Source of the DNA: Thermoproteota archaeon | Lineage (GTDB): Archaea > Korarchaeota > Korarchaeia > Korarchaeales > Korarchaeaceae | Length of the DNA stretch: 64,000 nucleotides | Assembly (NCBI GenBank): GCA_027491915.1 | Contig: JAOZGC010000002.1 | Span: 256,001 to 320,000 of the forward strand | Reading direction: 5' to 3' | In this document: one piece after another, positions 9,821 through 19,055 of the stretch | Numbering within the stretch: the stretch's first letter is position 1 | Layout: each line of letters begins with the position of its first letter | Made by a program: the position numbers and the translations under genes | Notes under the pieces: model-generated | What the model was told of the DNA's origin: nothing | Seen by the model: the letters and a program-made list of their open reading frames with translations, nothing else | The model's database searches: none

Positions 9821-9824
9821 TCCC
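9801..9824. repeat. Perfect 24-bp palindrome at the convergent overlap of the wHTH gene and moaC
   Basis: GGGATCAGGACATGTCCTGATCCC is self-complementary; both ORFs end RDQDMS-stop. Confidence 0.9.
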
Positions 9825-10281
9825 GGGCCTCCCCTCCTGCCCCCAGCTTGACCTTCTCCAGAACCCTTATCTCCTCTATCTCCGTGTGCGGGTACTGGCC
9901 GGCTTCGTCCTTCTCGTACTTCTTCAACATGTCCCACACGTTCAGGAGGGCGACCGCGACCCCGGTCAGGGCCTCCATCTCCACTCCAGTCTTGGCCACG
10001 GCGCTGACCTCAACCTCCGCCACGACCCCGTCTTCCTCCACCCTGAGGTCGACTGACACGTGGGTTATCGGGATCGGGTGGCAGAGGGGGACTATTTCTG
10101 GCGTCCTCTTCACGGCCAGTATGGCCGCGGTGCGGGCCACTGAGAAGACGTCTCCCTTCTCCACCCTCCCGGATCTCAACCTCTCGACGGACTCCGCCCC
10201 TAGCCTTATCTTGCCGACCGCCCGGGCGGACCTAAACACCTCCGGCTTGCCGCCGACGTCGACCATCCTCACCTCTCCCAA
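9805..10281 (-). CDS. moaC: Cyclic pyranopterin monophosphate synthase MoaC
   Basis: MVDVGGK, IVPLCHPI, KTGVEMEAL, WDMLK; start at TTG 10281 or ATG 10266. Confidence 0.96.
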   Translation of the reverse strand: MGEVRMVDVGGKPEVFRSARAVGKIRLGAESVERLRSGRVEKGDVFSVARTAAILAVKRTPEIVPLCHPIPITHVSVDLRVEEDGVVAEVEVSAVAKTGVEMEALTGVAVALLNVWDMLKKYEKDEAGQYPHTEIEEIRVLEKVKLGAGGEARDQDMS

Positions 10282-10285
10282 CCCC

Positions 10286-11230
10286 TCACACCTCCGCTGG
10301 CCCTCCAACGATCCACCCAAAATAGGGTATCCTCAGAGAGACGGCCCTGATGAAGGCCGCCGCCAGCACGTCGTCCGACGCCCCCTCTCTCATCATGGAT
10401 AGGAAGTCTACGTAGCCGTCGTCCCTGAAGAGGCACGGCTTGAACCTCCCGTCGTGGGTTATCCTGATCCTGGTGCAGTGAAAGCAGAAGTCGGAGTTTC
10501 CCATCGGACCCACCACCTCCACCCTCACCCCGCCCACGTCATACACAGGCCTGTTGTGCATCCCCTCCCTCCTGTAGATCAGCCTCCCCTGGAGATCCAA
10601 TTCCGAGGTTATATCCTCCAGGCCCACGCCGTACCTCCTGACCAAGTCGGAATTCGGGTCGGGATCCTCCAACTGAATCAACTGGACGATCGCACCCACT
10701 TTGCGGGCGAAATCTATCAGATCGTCTATTTCATCATCGTTTATACCTCTAAGGACGACCCTGTTTATCTTCACCTGTCTGAAGCCCGCCCTCGAGGCCT
10801 CCCTTATCCCCGCCAACACCCTGTCCAGGGCGTCCACCCCGGTGATTAGCCTGAACCTCTCCCTCCTGAGGGAGGGGAGAGACACATTTATCCTGTCCAG
10901 GCCGGCGTCCGCCAGCCTCCCAACCCTGCCGACGAGGAGGGATCCATTGGTCACCAGGCTCAGATCCCTCACAGAGTTGATCGACGCCACCTCTCGGATG
11001 ATCTCCTCAAGATCCGGCCTGAGGGTTGGTTCCCCCCCCGTGAACTTGACGGCCGACACCCCGAATCTGCCCATGACTTCGACGATCCTCCTGATCTCCC
11101 CGGGGGTCATAAGCCCCGGATCCCTTGGAGAGTACCCTTCCCTGTGGCAGTAGAAACACGAGAAGTTGCAGGCCGGCGTGAGGGAGATCCTGACGTTGGT
11201 CACCGCCCTGTCGAAGGCGTCCCTGAGCAT
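10286..11230 (-). CDS. moaA: GTP 3',8-cyclase MoaA (radical SAM)
   Basis: RISLTPACNFSCFYCHREG, FTGGEP, C-terminal FCFHCTRIRITHDG..PCL. Confidence 0.96.
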   Translation of the reverse strand: MLRDAFDRAVTNVRISLTPACNFSCFYCHREGYSPRDPGLMTPGEIRRIVEVMGRFGVSAVKFTGGEPTLRPDLEEIIREVASINSVRDLSLVTNGSLLVGRVGRLADAGLDRINVSLPSLRRERFRLITGVDALDRVLAGIREASRAGFRQVKINRVVLRGINDDEIDDLIDFARKVGAIVQLIQLEDPDPNSDLVRRYGVGLEDITSELDLQGRLIYRREGMHNRPVYDVGGVRVEVVGPMGNSDFCFHCTRIRITHDGRFKPCLFRDDGYVDFLSMMREGASDDVLAAAFIRAVSLRIPYFGWIVGGPAEV

Positions 11231-11264
11231 CTTCGACCCTCCGTCCTCCGCCGCCGTCTAGAGC

Positions 11265-11288
11265 CGATATACTCAATTGAGTATATCG
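11265..11288. promoter_or_regulatory. Perfect 24-bp palindromic operator (ModE-box-like) just downstream of the moaA TATA box
   Basis: CGATATACTCAATTGAGTATATCG; the minus-strand TTTATAT box lies at about 11293-11300. Confidence 0.7.
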
Positions 11289-11346
11289 ATTTGATATAAA
11301 GAATTGCCGCCCGACCGGGCCTGCCCCCTGCCCTCCACCCACCTAC

Positions 11347-12045
11347 CTACTCCGCTCCCTTCCCCTCCTCAACCTCCCCGGAAACCCATCTCCCCTCGCC
11401 GGAGGGGGAGATCTCCTTCTTCCATATGGGCACCCTTTCCTTTATCCTGTCTACGATCCACCTCAGGGCATCGAAGGCCTCTCCCCTGTGTTCCGAGGCC
11501 ACCCCGACTATCATGACCTCATCGCCGGGTCTCAGGATCCCTACCCTGTGGTGGGCCTCAGCGGCCATCAGCCCCCACCTCTCCTCGGCCTCGGAGACTA
11601 TATCCTCCATCTCACGCACCGCCATCTCACCGTAGGACTCGTATAACATCTCTCTAACTTGAAAATCGCCGGAGTGCTCCCTGACCCTACCGACAAACAG
11701 CGCTATAGCCCCTACATCCCTGGACGAGGATCCCAGGCTGATCGCGACGTCTTCCAGGCGAGGGATTTCCTCCCCGACGCTCACCCTGCCCCCACCGGCC
11801 ACGGGCGGGAAGAAGGCCACCTCGTCGCCGTCGGTCAGCTCCTCTTCCCAGCCGCAGAATCTCCCGTTTCTGGCGGCCAAGATCCTAATTTTTCCGGCAG
11901 AAGAGATCTCTTTGAGATTAGGATGCCTGTCGGCGAGAGCCGAGAACAGATCGCCGACCGTCGCCCCCTCCCCTATCTCCAGGACCTCCTCTCCCACGCC
12001 AGAGAGCTCCCTCACCGTGGCGAACATCCTGACTGTAACCCTCAA
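11347..12045 (-). CDS. Fused molybdopterin synthase MoaD-MoaE (MoaX-like)
   Basis: TTG start 12045. Ubiquitin-like MoaD (FATVRE...GDEVAFFPPVAGG) runs straight into MoaE (GAIALFVGRVRE, HRVG, HRGEAF, KERVPIWKKE). Confidence 0.92.
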   Translation of the reverse strand: MRVTVRMFATVRELSGVGEEVLEIGEGATVGDLFSALADRHPNLKEISSAGKIRILAARNGRFCGWEEELTDGDEVAFFPPVAGGGRVSVGEEIPRLEDVAISLGSSSRDVGAIALFVGRVREHSGDFQVREMLYESYGEMAVREMEDIVSEAEERWGLMAAEAHHRVGILRPGDEVMIVGVASEHRGEAFDALRWIVDRIKERVPIWKKEISPSGEGRWVSGEVEEGKGAE

Positions 12046-12132
12046 TTCTGGGCCCGGTTCACCCGGGACGGGTGGGCCCCTAATAAGGTGCCGCGGCCCC
12101 GCGCGGCGGTGTCCGCGACGCGCCTGAGGCCC

Positions 12133-13062
12133 ATGGAGTCCGAGATAATTAGGGCCGTGGAGTCCATTCCCAGGGGGAGGGTCACCACCTACAGGGAGAT
12201 AGCCGCGGCCCTTGGGGATCCGAGGGCATCCAGGGCGGTGGCCGAGATCGTCAGGAGGCTGGGCCCAGCCCTGGGGATCCCCTGGCACAGGGTCGTCGGG
12301 AGGGACGGCCGGGTGGCCGACCGGCGGGCGGCCGTCGAGCTGTCCGGTGAGGGGGTCCCGGTCGAGGGGGGTTTCGTCCCCCTATCTGACAGGGTGATCG
12401 GCGCGGACGAGTTGGGGGTGATCCCCATCCTGTCTCGGATGAGGAGGGTCCAAGAGAGGATGGCCGAGGAGATATCTCTTGAGGACGGTTTCTCCGAGGT
12501 AGATCTGGCGGCGGGGGTGGACGTGTCCTACGCCTGGGTAGAAGACGGCGGGGTTCCTAGGGAGGTCGCCAGGGCGGCCTGCGTCGTGTTAAACAGGGAG
12601 ATGAGGGTCGTGGACGGCGGGACCCTGGAGGGGGAGCCCCCCATGCCCTACGTGCCGACCTACCTCGGGTTCCGGGAGGTGCCTCTCCTGGCCCCCCTGG
12701 CCAGGAAATTCGACTTCGACGTGCTCATAGCGGACGGCCACGGCCTGGCCCATCCCCGCATGATGGGTGAGGCGTCCCACCTGGGGCTCGTCCTGGGGAG
12801 GCCAACCCTTGGGGCCGCCAAGCGCAGGCTCGTGGGGTGGGTGAGGGGCGACGAGCTGGTCTACCTCGGCAGGGTCGTCGGGTGGGTCCTGCTCCCGCCC
12901 GGCGGGAAGAGGCCGATATACGCATCCCCCGGACACCTAATCTCCATGGAATCCACCCGAGAGGTGGTATACTCCTTCAGGGGGAGGCACAGGATACCGG
13001 AGCCCGTGAGGCTGGCACACAGGCTGTCCAGGTTCGGTCCATCCGGCCGCCGGAGCTCTTAG
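12133..13062 (+). CDS. Alkyltransferase-like (ATL) domain fused to endonuclease V
   Basis: ATG 12133. IPRGRVTTY..IPWHRVV (Trp in place of the AGT Cys), then the EndoV motifs GVDVSY, PYVPTYLGFRE, DGHGLAHPR, GAAK, RIPEPVRLAH. Confidence 0.92.
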   Translation: MESEIIRAVESIPRGRVTTYREIAAALGDPRASRAVAEIVRRLGPALGIPWHRVVGRDGRVADRRAAVELSGEGVPVEGGFVPLSDRVIGADELGVIPILSRMRRVQERMAEEISLEDGFSEVDLAAGVDVSYAWVEDGGVPREVARAACVVLNREMRVVDGGTLEGEPPMPYVPTYLGFREVPLLAPLARKFDFDVLIADGHGLAHPRMMGEASHLGLVLGRPTLGAAKRRLVGWVRGDELVYLGRVVGWVLLPPGGKRPIYASPGHLISMESTREVVYSFRGRHRIPEPVRLAHRLSRFGPSGRRSS

Positions 13063-13153
13063 ACCTTCCCTCTGATGCACGCCTGTAGACGGCTTCACCC
13101 CTCCCGCGCTTGATTTTTACGGTTGGCGGCCCGGACCGATCGGGTGCCCGCCC

Positions 13154-14593
13154 TTGGCCAGGAGGATCTGGGATCACCCGATACTGGACTTCGAGAGGGG
13201 GGAGCCGCTGAAGCTCATTTTCGAGGGTAGGGAGATAACCGCCTATCCGGGGGAGAGCGTCGCGGCCGCCCTAGTCGCCGAGGGGGTGGACATCCTCGGC
13301 TGGAGCAAGTTGAGAGGGAGGCCGAGGGGGTTCTTCTGCGGGATAGGGAAGTGCTCGTCCTGCCTGATGGTGGTGGACGGCATTCCCAACACCAGAACGT
13401 GCGTGACGCCCGTTTCTCCGGGCATGAGGGTCTCCAGGCAGAGGGGACCCCCTCCCATCCCGGACGTGGTTCCGGAGTTCGACCTCGAGAGGGAGGAGGT
13501 CGACCTGGCCATACTCGGGGGCGGACCGGCCGGGCTGTCGGCCGCGATCGCGGCTGCGGACCTGGGCGCCTCCGTCCTGTTGGTGGACGAGAACTTCAGG
13601 CCCGGGGGTCAGCTGATAAAGCAAACCCACAAGTTCTTCGGATCCAGGGAGAACTACGCCGGGGTCAGGGGAATAGAGATAGCCAGGAGGCTCCTCTCGG
13701 AGGTGGGCGGGCTGGGGGCCAGGTGGGTGCTCCGGTCCAGCGCGGTGGCCGATTACCCCACCGGATCCGGGCACAGAATAGTGGTCAGGCGTCCCGGAGG
13801 GGCTACGCTGGTGGACGCGCGGGCCGTGATAGTCGGGACGGGCGCCTCGGAGAACATGCTCGCCTTCCCGAACAACGACCTCCCCGGGGTGTACGGGGCC
13901 GGAGGATTGCAGACCCTGATGAACGTGTTCGGCGTTCTCCCGGGAGAGAGGGCCCTGGTCATCGGCGCCGGCAACGTCGGCCTCATAGTGGCCTACCAGC
14001 TCCTGCAGGCCGGGGCCCGGGTGGAGGCAGTCGTGGAGATAATGCCGAGGATAGGCGGGTACTTCGTCCACGCGGCCAAGATCAGGAGGATGGGGGTCCC
14101 CATACTGCTGAGGCACACCATCTCCAGGGTGCTCGGCAGGGAAAGGGTTGAGGGGGCCGAGGTGGTGGCCGTGGACGATTCTTGGCGGGCGGTGGAGGGG
14201 TCAGAGAGGACGTTCGACGTTGACATGGTGGTGTTGGCCGTCGGCCTCACCCCCTCCGTCAGGATACCGGCCCAGGCCGGCGCCGATATGATCTACGTCC
14301 CCCAACTCGGGGGGCACGTGCCCGTCCACACACCCAGACTCCTGACCACCCTGGATGGGATGTACGTGGCGGGCGACTCGTCGGGCATAGAGGAGGCGAC
14401 GACGGCCATGCTGGAGGGGAGGATCGCTGGGGCCGCGGCGGCCTCCGATCTGGGATACGCCCCGGATCGGGCGGAGAGGGTGATATCCGAGGCCCAGAGA
14501 CAACTGGAATCGTTTAGATCTGGTCCGTTCAGCTCCAGGGTTTTGGAGGGGAAGGAGATGGTCTGGGAGAAGGCCCGGGAGGTGATAGGATGA
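13154..14593 (+). CDS. Dye-linked L-proline dehydrogenase / sarcosine-oxidase-like alpha subunit (2Fe-2S + FAD/NADH domain)
   Basis: RPRGFFCGIGKCSSC..RTC, GGGPAG, GGQLIKQTHKFFG, GAGNVG, AGD. Confidence 0.88.
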   Translation: MARRIWDHPILDFERGEPLKLIFEGREITAYPGESVAAALVAEGVDILGWSKLRGRPRGFFCGIGKCSSCLMVVDGIPNTRTCVTPVSPGMRVSRQRGPPPIPDVVPEFDLEREEVDLAILGGGPAGLSAAIAAADLGASVLLVDENFRPGGQLIKQTHKFFGSRENYAGVRGIEIARRLLSEVGGLGARWVLRSSAVADYPTGSGHRIVVRRPGGATLVDARAVIVGTGASENMLAFPNNDLPGVYGAGGLQTLMNVFGVLPGERALVIGAGNVGLIVAYQLLQAGARVEAVVEIMPRIGGYFVHAAKIRRMGVPILLRHTISRVLGRERVEGAEVVAVDDSWRAVEGSERTFDVDMVVLAVGLTPSVRIPAQAGADMIYVPQLGGHVPVHTPRLLTTLDGMYVAGDSSGIEEATTAMLEGRIAGAAAASDLGYAPDRAERVISEAQRQLESFRSGPFSSRVLEGKEMVWEKAREVIG

Positions 14594-15066
14594 GCGAGCC
14601 GGGCGTGATGCCGGAAGACGTCCTGGGGGGCCTATTGCCACCGGATCGGGCTGCCGAGCGCCACCCGGTGGCCGTCATAGAGTGCCACGAGGAGATACCG
14701 TGCGACACCTGCCGCTGGGTGTGTCCCGTCGGGGCGGTGATCAAGCCGTCGATCACGACCCCCCCGAGGGTGGACTGGGACAGGTGCACCGGGTGCGGCA
14801 CGTGCCTCATGTCCTGCCCAGGCCTGGCCATCTTCATGGTCCGCCTCCGGGGTGAGTGGGCCGACGTCTACGTCCCCTATGAGTTTTCCCCCCTCCCCCG
14901 CAGGGGGGAGGTGGTGGCCGCCCTGGATCGGATGGGCGAGAAGATCGCGGAGGCGGAGGTTGTGCTCTCCGTCAGGTCCAGGGACGGGACCGGGATGGTG
15001 GCGGTCAGGGTTCCCAGAGAGGCGGCCCACGTCGTCAGGGCCGTCAGGGCTGGTGGGTCGAGATGA
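14590..15066 (+). CDS. 2x[4Fe-4S] ferredoxin-like subunit of the same complex
   Basis: CHEEIPCDTCRWVCP and CTGCGTCLMSCPG; ATGA overlap. Confidence 0.88.
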   Translation: MSEPGVMPEDVLGGLLPPDRAAERHPVAVIECHEEIPCDTCRWVCPVGAVIKPSITTPPRVDWDRCTGCGTCLMSCPGLAIFMVRLRGEWADVYVPYEFSPLPRRGEVVAALDRMGEKIAEAEVVLSVRSRDGTGMVAVRVPREAAHVVRAVRAGGSR

Positions 15067-15359
15067 GCTCGGAGATCACCATATGCAGGTGCGAGGACGT
15101 GACGGAGGAGGACGTGGTTAGGGCCGTGAGGGAGTACGGCCTGACCACCCTGGACGAGCTCAAGAGGGTCCTGAGGATAGGTATGGGCCCCTGCCAGGGC
15201 AGAACGTGCCTCAGACTCGCGGCCAGAATCCTGGCCAGGGAGACCGGGAGGTCGACCTCCGAGGTGATGAGCCTCTACCCGAGGGTGCGCCCCCCCATAA
15301 TACCCCTGGAGCTGGGCCTGGCCGCGCTGCTGGAGGGGGGTGACGGCGGAGGTGACTGA
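15063..15359 (+). CDS. BFD-like [2Fe-2S] small subunit
   Basis: ICRCEDV...LKR..GMGPCQGRTC...RPP. Confidence 0.88.
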   Translation: MSSEITICRCEDVTEEDVVRAVREYGLTTLDELKRVLRIGMGPCQGRTCLRLAARILARETGRSTSEVMSLYPRVRPPIIPLELGLAALLEGGDGGGD

Positions 15360-16500
15360 GAGGCTCGACGTCGCCGTGGTGGGCGCCGGGATAATAGGGT
15401 CGGCGACGGCCTACTACCTGGCCGCCAGGGGGCTGTCGGTCGCGGTCTTCGACAGGGAGTACGTGACGGCCGGGGCCACCGGAAGGTGCCCGGGCGGGAT
15501 AAGGCAGCAGTGGAGCACAGAAGACAACGTCCGCCTGATGATGAAGAGCGTGGAGATCTACGAGGGGCTGTCCGAGGAGCTGGGGGCGGAGATCGACTTC
15601 CACCAGGGGGGCTACCTGATAGTGGCCAAGACGGAGGAGGAGAGGAGGAGGTTCGAGGACCAGATGAGGATGCAGAGGTCCCTCGGCCTCCCTGTCAGGT
15701 GGCTAGAACCCGGCGAGATCAAGGAGATGGTCCCCCAGCTGGACGTCGAGGGGATCGGGGCCATCGGCGCGGCGTGGAACCCGACCGACGGTTATGCCAA
15801 CCCGTTTAAGGTCACATACGCCTTCGCGTCGGCCGCCAGGAGGCTCGGGGCGGAGTTTCACCTCTTCACCCCCGTGAGGAGGGTGGTGGTGGAGGGGGGA
15901 TCCGTCTCCGGCGTTGAGACCGACAAGGGTTTCTTCGGGGCGGAGTTCGTGGTCAACAGCGCCGGAGCCTGGTCCAGGGAGATCGCGGAGACCGCCGGGG
16001 TATCGCTCCCCAACAGACCTTATAGGCACGAGATACTGGCCACCGAGCCCGTGCGCCGCTTCTTGGAGCCCATGGTGATATCCTTCCACGACAACGTTTA
16101 CTTCAGGCAGTCCCACGCCGGGGCCATACTCGGGGGCTGGGGGGACCCCAACGAGCCGCCGGGATACAACCTCTCCTCGAGCCCCAAGTTCCTGGGCAGG
16201 TTCTCTCGACTCCTGATCAGCTACGTCCCCGGGCTCAGGTCCGTCAGGGTGGTGAGGCAGTGGGCCGGGCTCTACGACGTGACCCCCGACGCCAAGCAGA
16301 TAGTGGGAGAGGTCCCGGAGGTGGCCGGGTTCATACAGGCCAACGGCTTCAGCGGACACGGCTTCATGGCCGGCCCGATAACGGCGAAGCTCGTCGCTCA
16401 GCTGATATCCGGGGAGCCCCTCGACCTGCCGATAGAGGGCTTCTCCATAGAGAGGTTCAGGAGGGGAGAGACCGGGAGGGAGGCGTCGGTCGTCGGGTAG
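15340..16500 (+). CDS. FAD-dependent D-amino-acid-oxidase-family beta subunit (proline/sarcosine dehydrogenase)
   Basis: VVGAGIIG, GATGRCPGGIRQQW, WAGLYDVTPD, GFSGHGFM; start may be GTG 15352. Confidence 0.9.
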   Translation: MTAEVTERLDVAVVGAGIIGSATAYYLAARGLSVAVFDREYVTAGATGRCPGGIRQQWSTEDNVRLMMKSVEIYEGLSEELGAEIDFHQGGYLIVAKTEEERRRFEDQMRMQRSLGLPVRWLEPGEIKEMVPQLDVEGIGAIGAAWNPTDGYANPFKVTYAFASAARRLGAEFHLFTPVRRVVVEGGSVSGVETDKGFFGAEFVVNSAGAWSREIAETAGVSLPNRPYRHEILATEPVRRFLEPMVISFHDNVYFRQSHAGAILGGWGDPNEPPGYNLSSSPKFLGRFSRLLISYVPGLRSVRVVRQWAGLYDVTPDAKQIVGEVPEVAGFIQANGFSGHGFMAGPITAKLVAQLISGEPLDLPIEGFSIERFRRGETGREASVVG

Positions 16501-17342
16501 GATGGGAACCTCCACAGCTCCCCCTCGGGAACCGCGCAGCACGCCCCGACGACCCTCATGCCGAACCTCGATATGGTCTCCCTCCTGGGGTTGGCCACCC
16601 TGTCGACCCCAGCCCCGACGGCGGCCTCGTCGTACCGGACCTTCAGCCGGGGCGACCTCATGCACCCGAGGTACACCTCCCTGAAGATGCCCCGCGCCGC
16701 CCCGACGGCCGCCGCCACCTCCCCGGGGGTGGGCGGAGGGTGCCCCGCCAGCGGAGTGCCCGCCGTGGGGACGAAGGCCAGGACCACGAGCCTGTCCGCC
16801 CCGGCCGCCCTGATCTGGCGGGCGGCCTCCACCCACTCGTCCAGCCCGGAACCCGGTAGGCCAACGGTCAGGTGGGGGGCCACGTGCGGGGGACCGAACT
16901 CCAGGAGGATCTCGAGCGCCCTGAGGTAGTCCTCCAGCCCGTATCTCAACCCCTTCGACCTCTCGGCGGTCCTCCTGCTGGGCAGGACCTCAAAGTCCAC
17001 CATGTCTATCCCTGCGTCGGCCATCTCCTCGGCGGTCTCCCTGTCCACCATCCCCGGGTGGACGCTCACGAACATGTCAACCTCCCTCTTGACCTCCCTC
17101 ACCGCCCGGAGGAAGGGCCTGAGCGGCAGCCTCCCCCCGGCGTCGAAACCCCCGCTCAGCAGGATGCCCCTGGAGCCCGTCGACCAGAGCCTCCTCATCA
17201 GCGCCGAGAGGTCCTCCGGGGTGGTGGCCCACGCCATCCCCCTCAGCCACCTCCCCATGCACATGGGGCACATGAGCCCGCACGCCCCCCCCGTCAGGCT
17301 GACGCTGGGGTACGCCCTGCCCGGAACGAACGCCGCCGTCAA
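16398..17342 (-). CDS. lipS1: Radical SAM lipoyl synthase component LipS1
   Basis: TTG start overlapping the upstream TGA. CGLMCPMC plus the LipS1-type GCMR and CC motifs; adjacent to LipS2 and the ligase genes. Confidence 0.8.
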   Translation of the reverse strand: MTAAFVPGRAYPSVSLTGGACGLMCPMCMGRWLRGMAWATTPEDLSALMRRLWSTGSRGILLSGGFDAGGRLPLRPFLRAVREVKREVDMFVSVHPGMVDRETAEEMADAGIDMVDFEVLPSRRTAERSKGLRYGLEDYLRALEILLEFGPPHVAPHLTVGLPGSGLDEWVEAARQIRAAGADRLVVLAFVPTAGTPLAGHPPPTPGEVAAAVGAARGIFREVYLGCMRSPRLKVRYDEAAVGAGVDRVANPRRETISRFGMRVVGACCAVPEGELWRFPSYPTTDASLPVSPLLNLSMEKPSIGRSRGSPDIS

Positions 17343-18226
17343 GGTGGGATCGCCTCCGCGGCCGGGTAGTTGTAGATGGGGCCGGAGGGGGACTCGTTGT
17401 AGAATGGCCTGTTGCACCCGGGACACCCGCTGGTGAGGAGGGCCCTCCTGTCCTCTGGCAGCCTCCCCCTCTCGTACATCTCCCTGGCTTCCCCGGGCGG
17501 CACCCCAGCTGAGAGGGCGTATCTGAGCCTCTGCATCCTCCTGTAACCCGCCAGGTCCGGGCTCGGTCTGCCCCACATGGGCGTGCCCCTAACTGGGGTG
17601 AAGGCGAAGAGGGCCACCTGGAGCCCCCTCGAGTAGAGGTAGATCATGGCATCGGCGAACTCCCTCTCGCTCTCCCCCAACCCGAATATCAGGTGGACGA
17701 AGACCGAGCCGGGGCCGAAAACCTCCAGGGCCTCCTCGGCGAACCGGAGGTAATCCTCCCACCGGAAGGGCTTGCCAACGGCCTCGGCGATCTCCGGCGT
17801 CGCGGCGTCCATTCCCACTCCTAGGTGGGTCACCCCCAGCCTCCTCATCTCCCTGAGGAGGTCGACGTCGACGGGCGTCGTGGCGACCGACGCGGGCAGG
17901 TCGATCCCCGCCCCGCGGATCTCCCTCAGTATATCGATGACCTCCCTCTCGAAGCCCTCCTTGATAATCGTCTGGACGCATATCCTGACCAACCGGGAGG
18001 ATCTCATCCCCTCCACCAGTTCTCTCAGCTCGACCTCGGGCCACCTTATCCTGGAGAGGAGATCCCCCCCGCCCCCGGCCGAGGACGACTGAGGGCAGAA
18101 GGCGCAGGTCCCGGCGCACCCGCCCTCCGAACTCTGCAGGAGATAGGCCGTGGTTGGGGGCCAGTCCATCTTGATCCTGACCAGCCCCGAGACGGCCAGA
18201 GTCCCTAGGGAGGCCCTCACCCTCAT
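17339..18226 (-). CDS. lipS2: Radical SAM lipoyl synthase component LipS2
   Basis: ATG 18226; PTTAYL..CAGTCAFCPQ, LSRIRWP and C-terminal TSGCPGCNRPFYNE. Confidence 0.82.
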   Translation of the reverse strand: MRVRASLGTLAVSGLVRIKMDWPPTTAYLLQSSEGGCAGTCAFCPQSSSAGGGGDLLSRIRWPEVELRELVEGMRSSRLVRICVQTIIKEGFEREVIDILREIRGAGIDLPASVATTPVDVDLLREMRRLGVTHLGVGMDAATPEIAEAVGKPFRWEDYLRFAEEALEVFGPGSVFVHLIFGLGESEREFADAMIYLYSRGLQVALFAFTPVRGTPMWGRPSPDLAGYRRMQRLRYALSAGVPPGEAREMYERGRLPEDRRALLTSGCPGCNRPFYNESPSGPIYNYPAAEAIPP

Positions 18227-18296
18227 GGTATCCTCGCATCCTCCTCCACGCGCCCCCCGGCGATCGGTTATATTGGATGCCGCCGCTTCCCAGCCG

Positions 18297-19055
18297 ATGC
18301 CCCGGAGCTGGAGGCTCTTGGTGGACGAGGGAGACGGGCGGTGGAACATGGCTCTGGACGAGGCCATCGCCCTGGAGAGACCGAGGATCGGGAGGAACAC
18401 CCTTAGGGTCTACAGGTTCTCCGAGGGGACCGTCACGATAGGGAGGTTTCAGCGGGCGGCGGAGGCGGTGAACCTGGGAGAGGCGGCGCGCCTCGGGATA
18501 CCCGTGATAAGGAGGGTAACGGGAGGGGGCGCGGTTTACCACGACCCCCGGGGGGAGGTGACCTACTCGGTGGTGATCCCTGAGAGGGAGCTCCCGTCGA
18601 GCGTGCTGGATAGCTACAGGACGCTGTGCTCGGGAGTGGTCAGGGCGGCCGAGATCCTGGGAGCCGAGGCCTCCTTCTCGCCGATAAACGACGTGATCGC
18701 CTGCGGGAGGAAGGTGTCCGGCAGCGCCCAGGCCAGACTCTCGGGCGCGGTGCTCCAGCACGGCACCCTGATGTACGCGTCGGACCTGGACCTCCTGGCG
18801 GCCCTCCTAAGGCCTCCCAGGGAGAAGCTCGCCGCCCACGGGGCCTCCGACATAAGGGAGAGGGTGACCACGATATCCGAATGCGTCGGGAGGGCTGTCG
18901 ACTGGAGGGAGGCCTCCGAGGCGGTGATCTCCGGGTTCTCCGAGGCGCTGGACCTTGATCTGAGGGAGGAGGATCCGACCGAGGCGGAGATAAGGACGGC
19001 CGAGAGGCTCGTGGAGGAGCGATACTCGAGGGACGGGTGGAACCTGTCGAGGTGA
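18297..19055 (+). CDS. lplA: Lipoate/octanoate-protein ligase catalytic subunit
   Basis: NMALDEA, RRVTGGGAVYHD, ND..RKVSGSAQ, LQHGT; ATG 18297. Confidence 0.92.
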   Translation: MPRSWRLLVDEGDGRWNMALDEAIALERPRIGRNTLRVYRFSEGTVTIGRFQRAAEAVNLGEAARLGIPVIRRVTGGGAVYHDPRGEVTYSVVIPERELPSSVLDSYRTLCSGVVRAAEILGAEASFSPINDVIACGRKVSGSAQARLSGAVLQHGTLMYASDLDLLAALLRPPREKLAAHGASDIRERVTTISECVGRAVDWREASEAVISGFSEALDLDLREEDPTEAEIRTAERLVEERYSRDGWNLSR

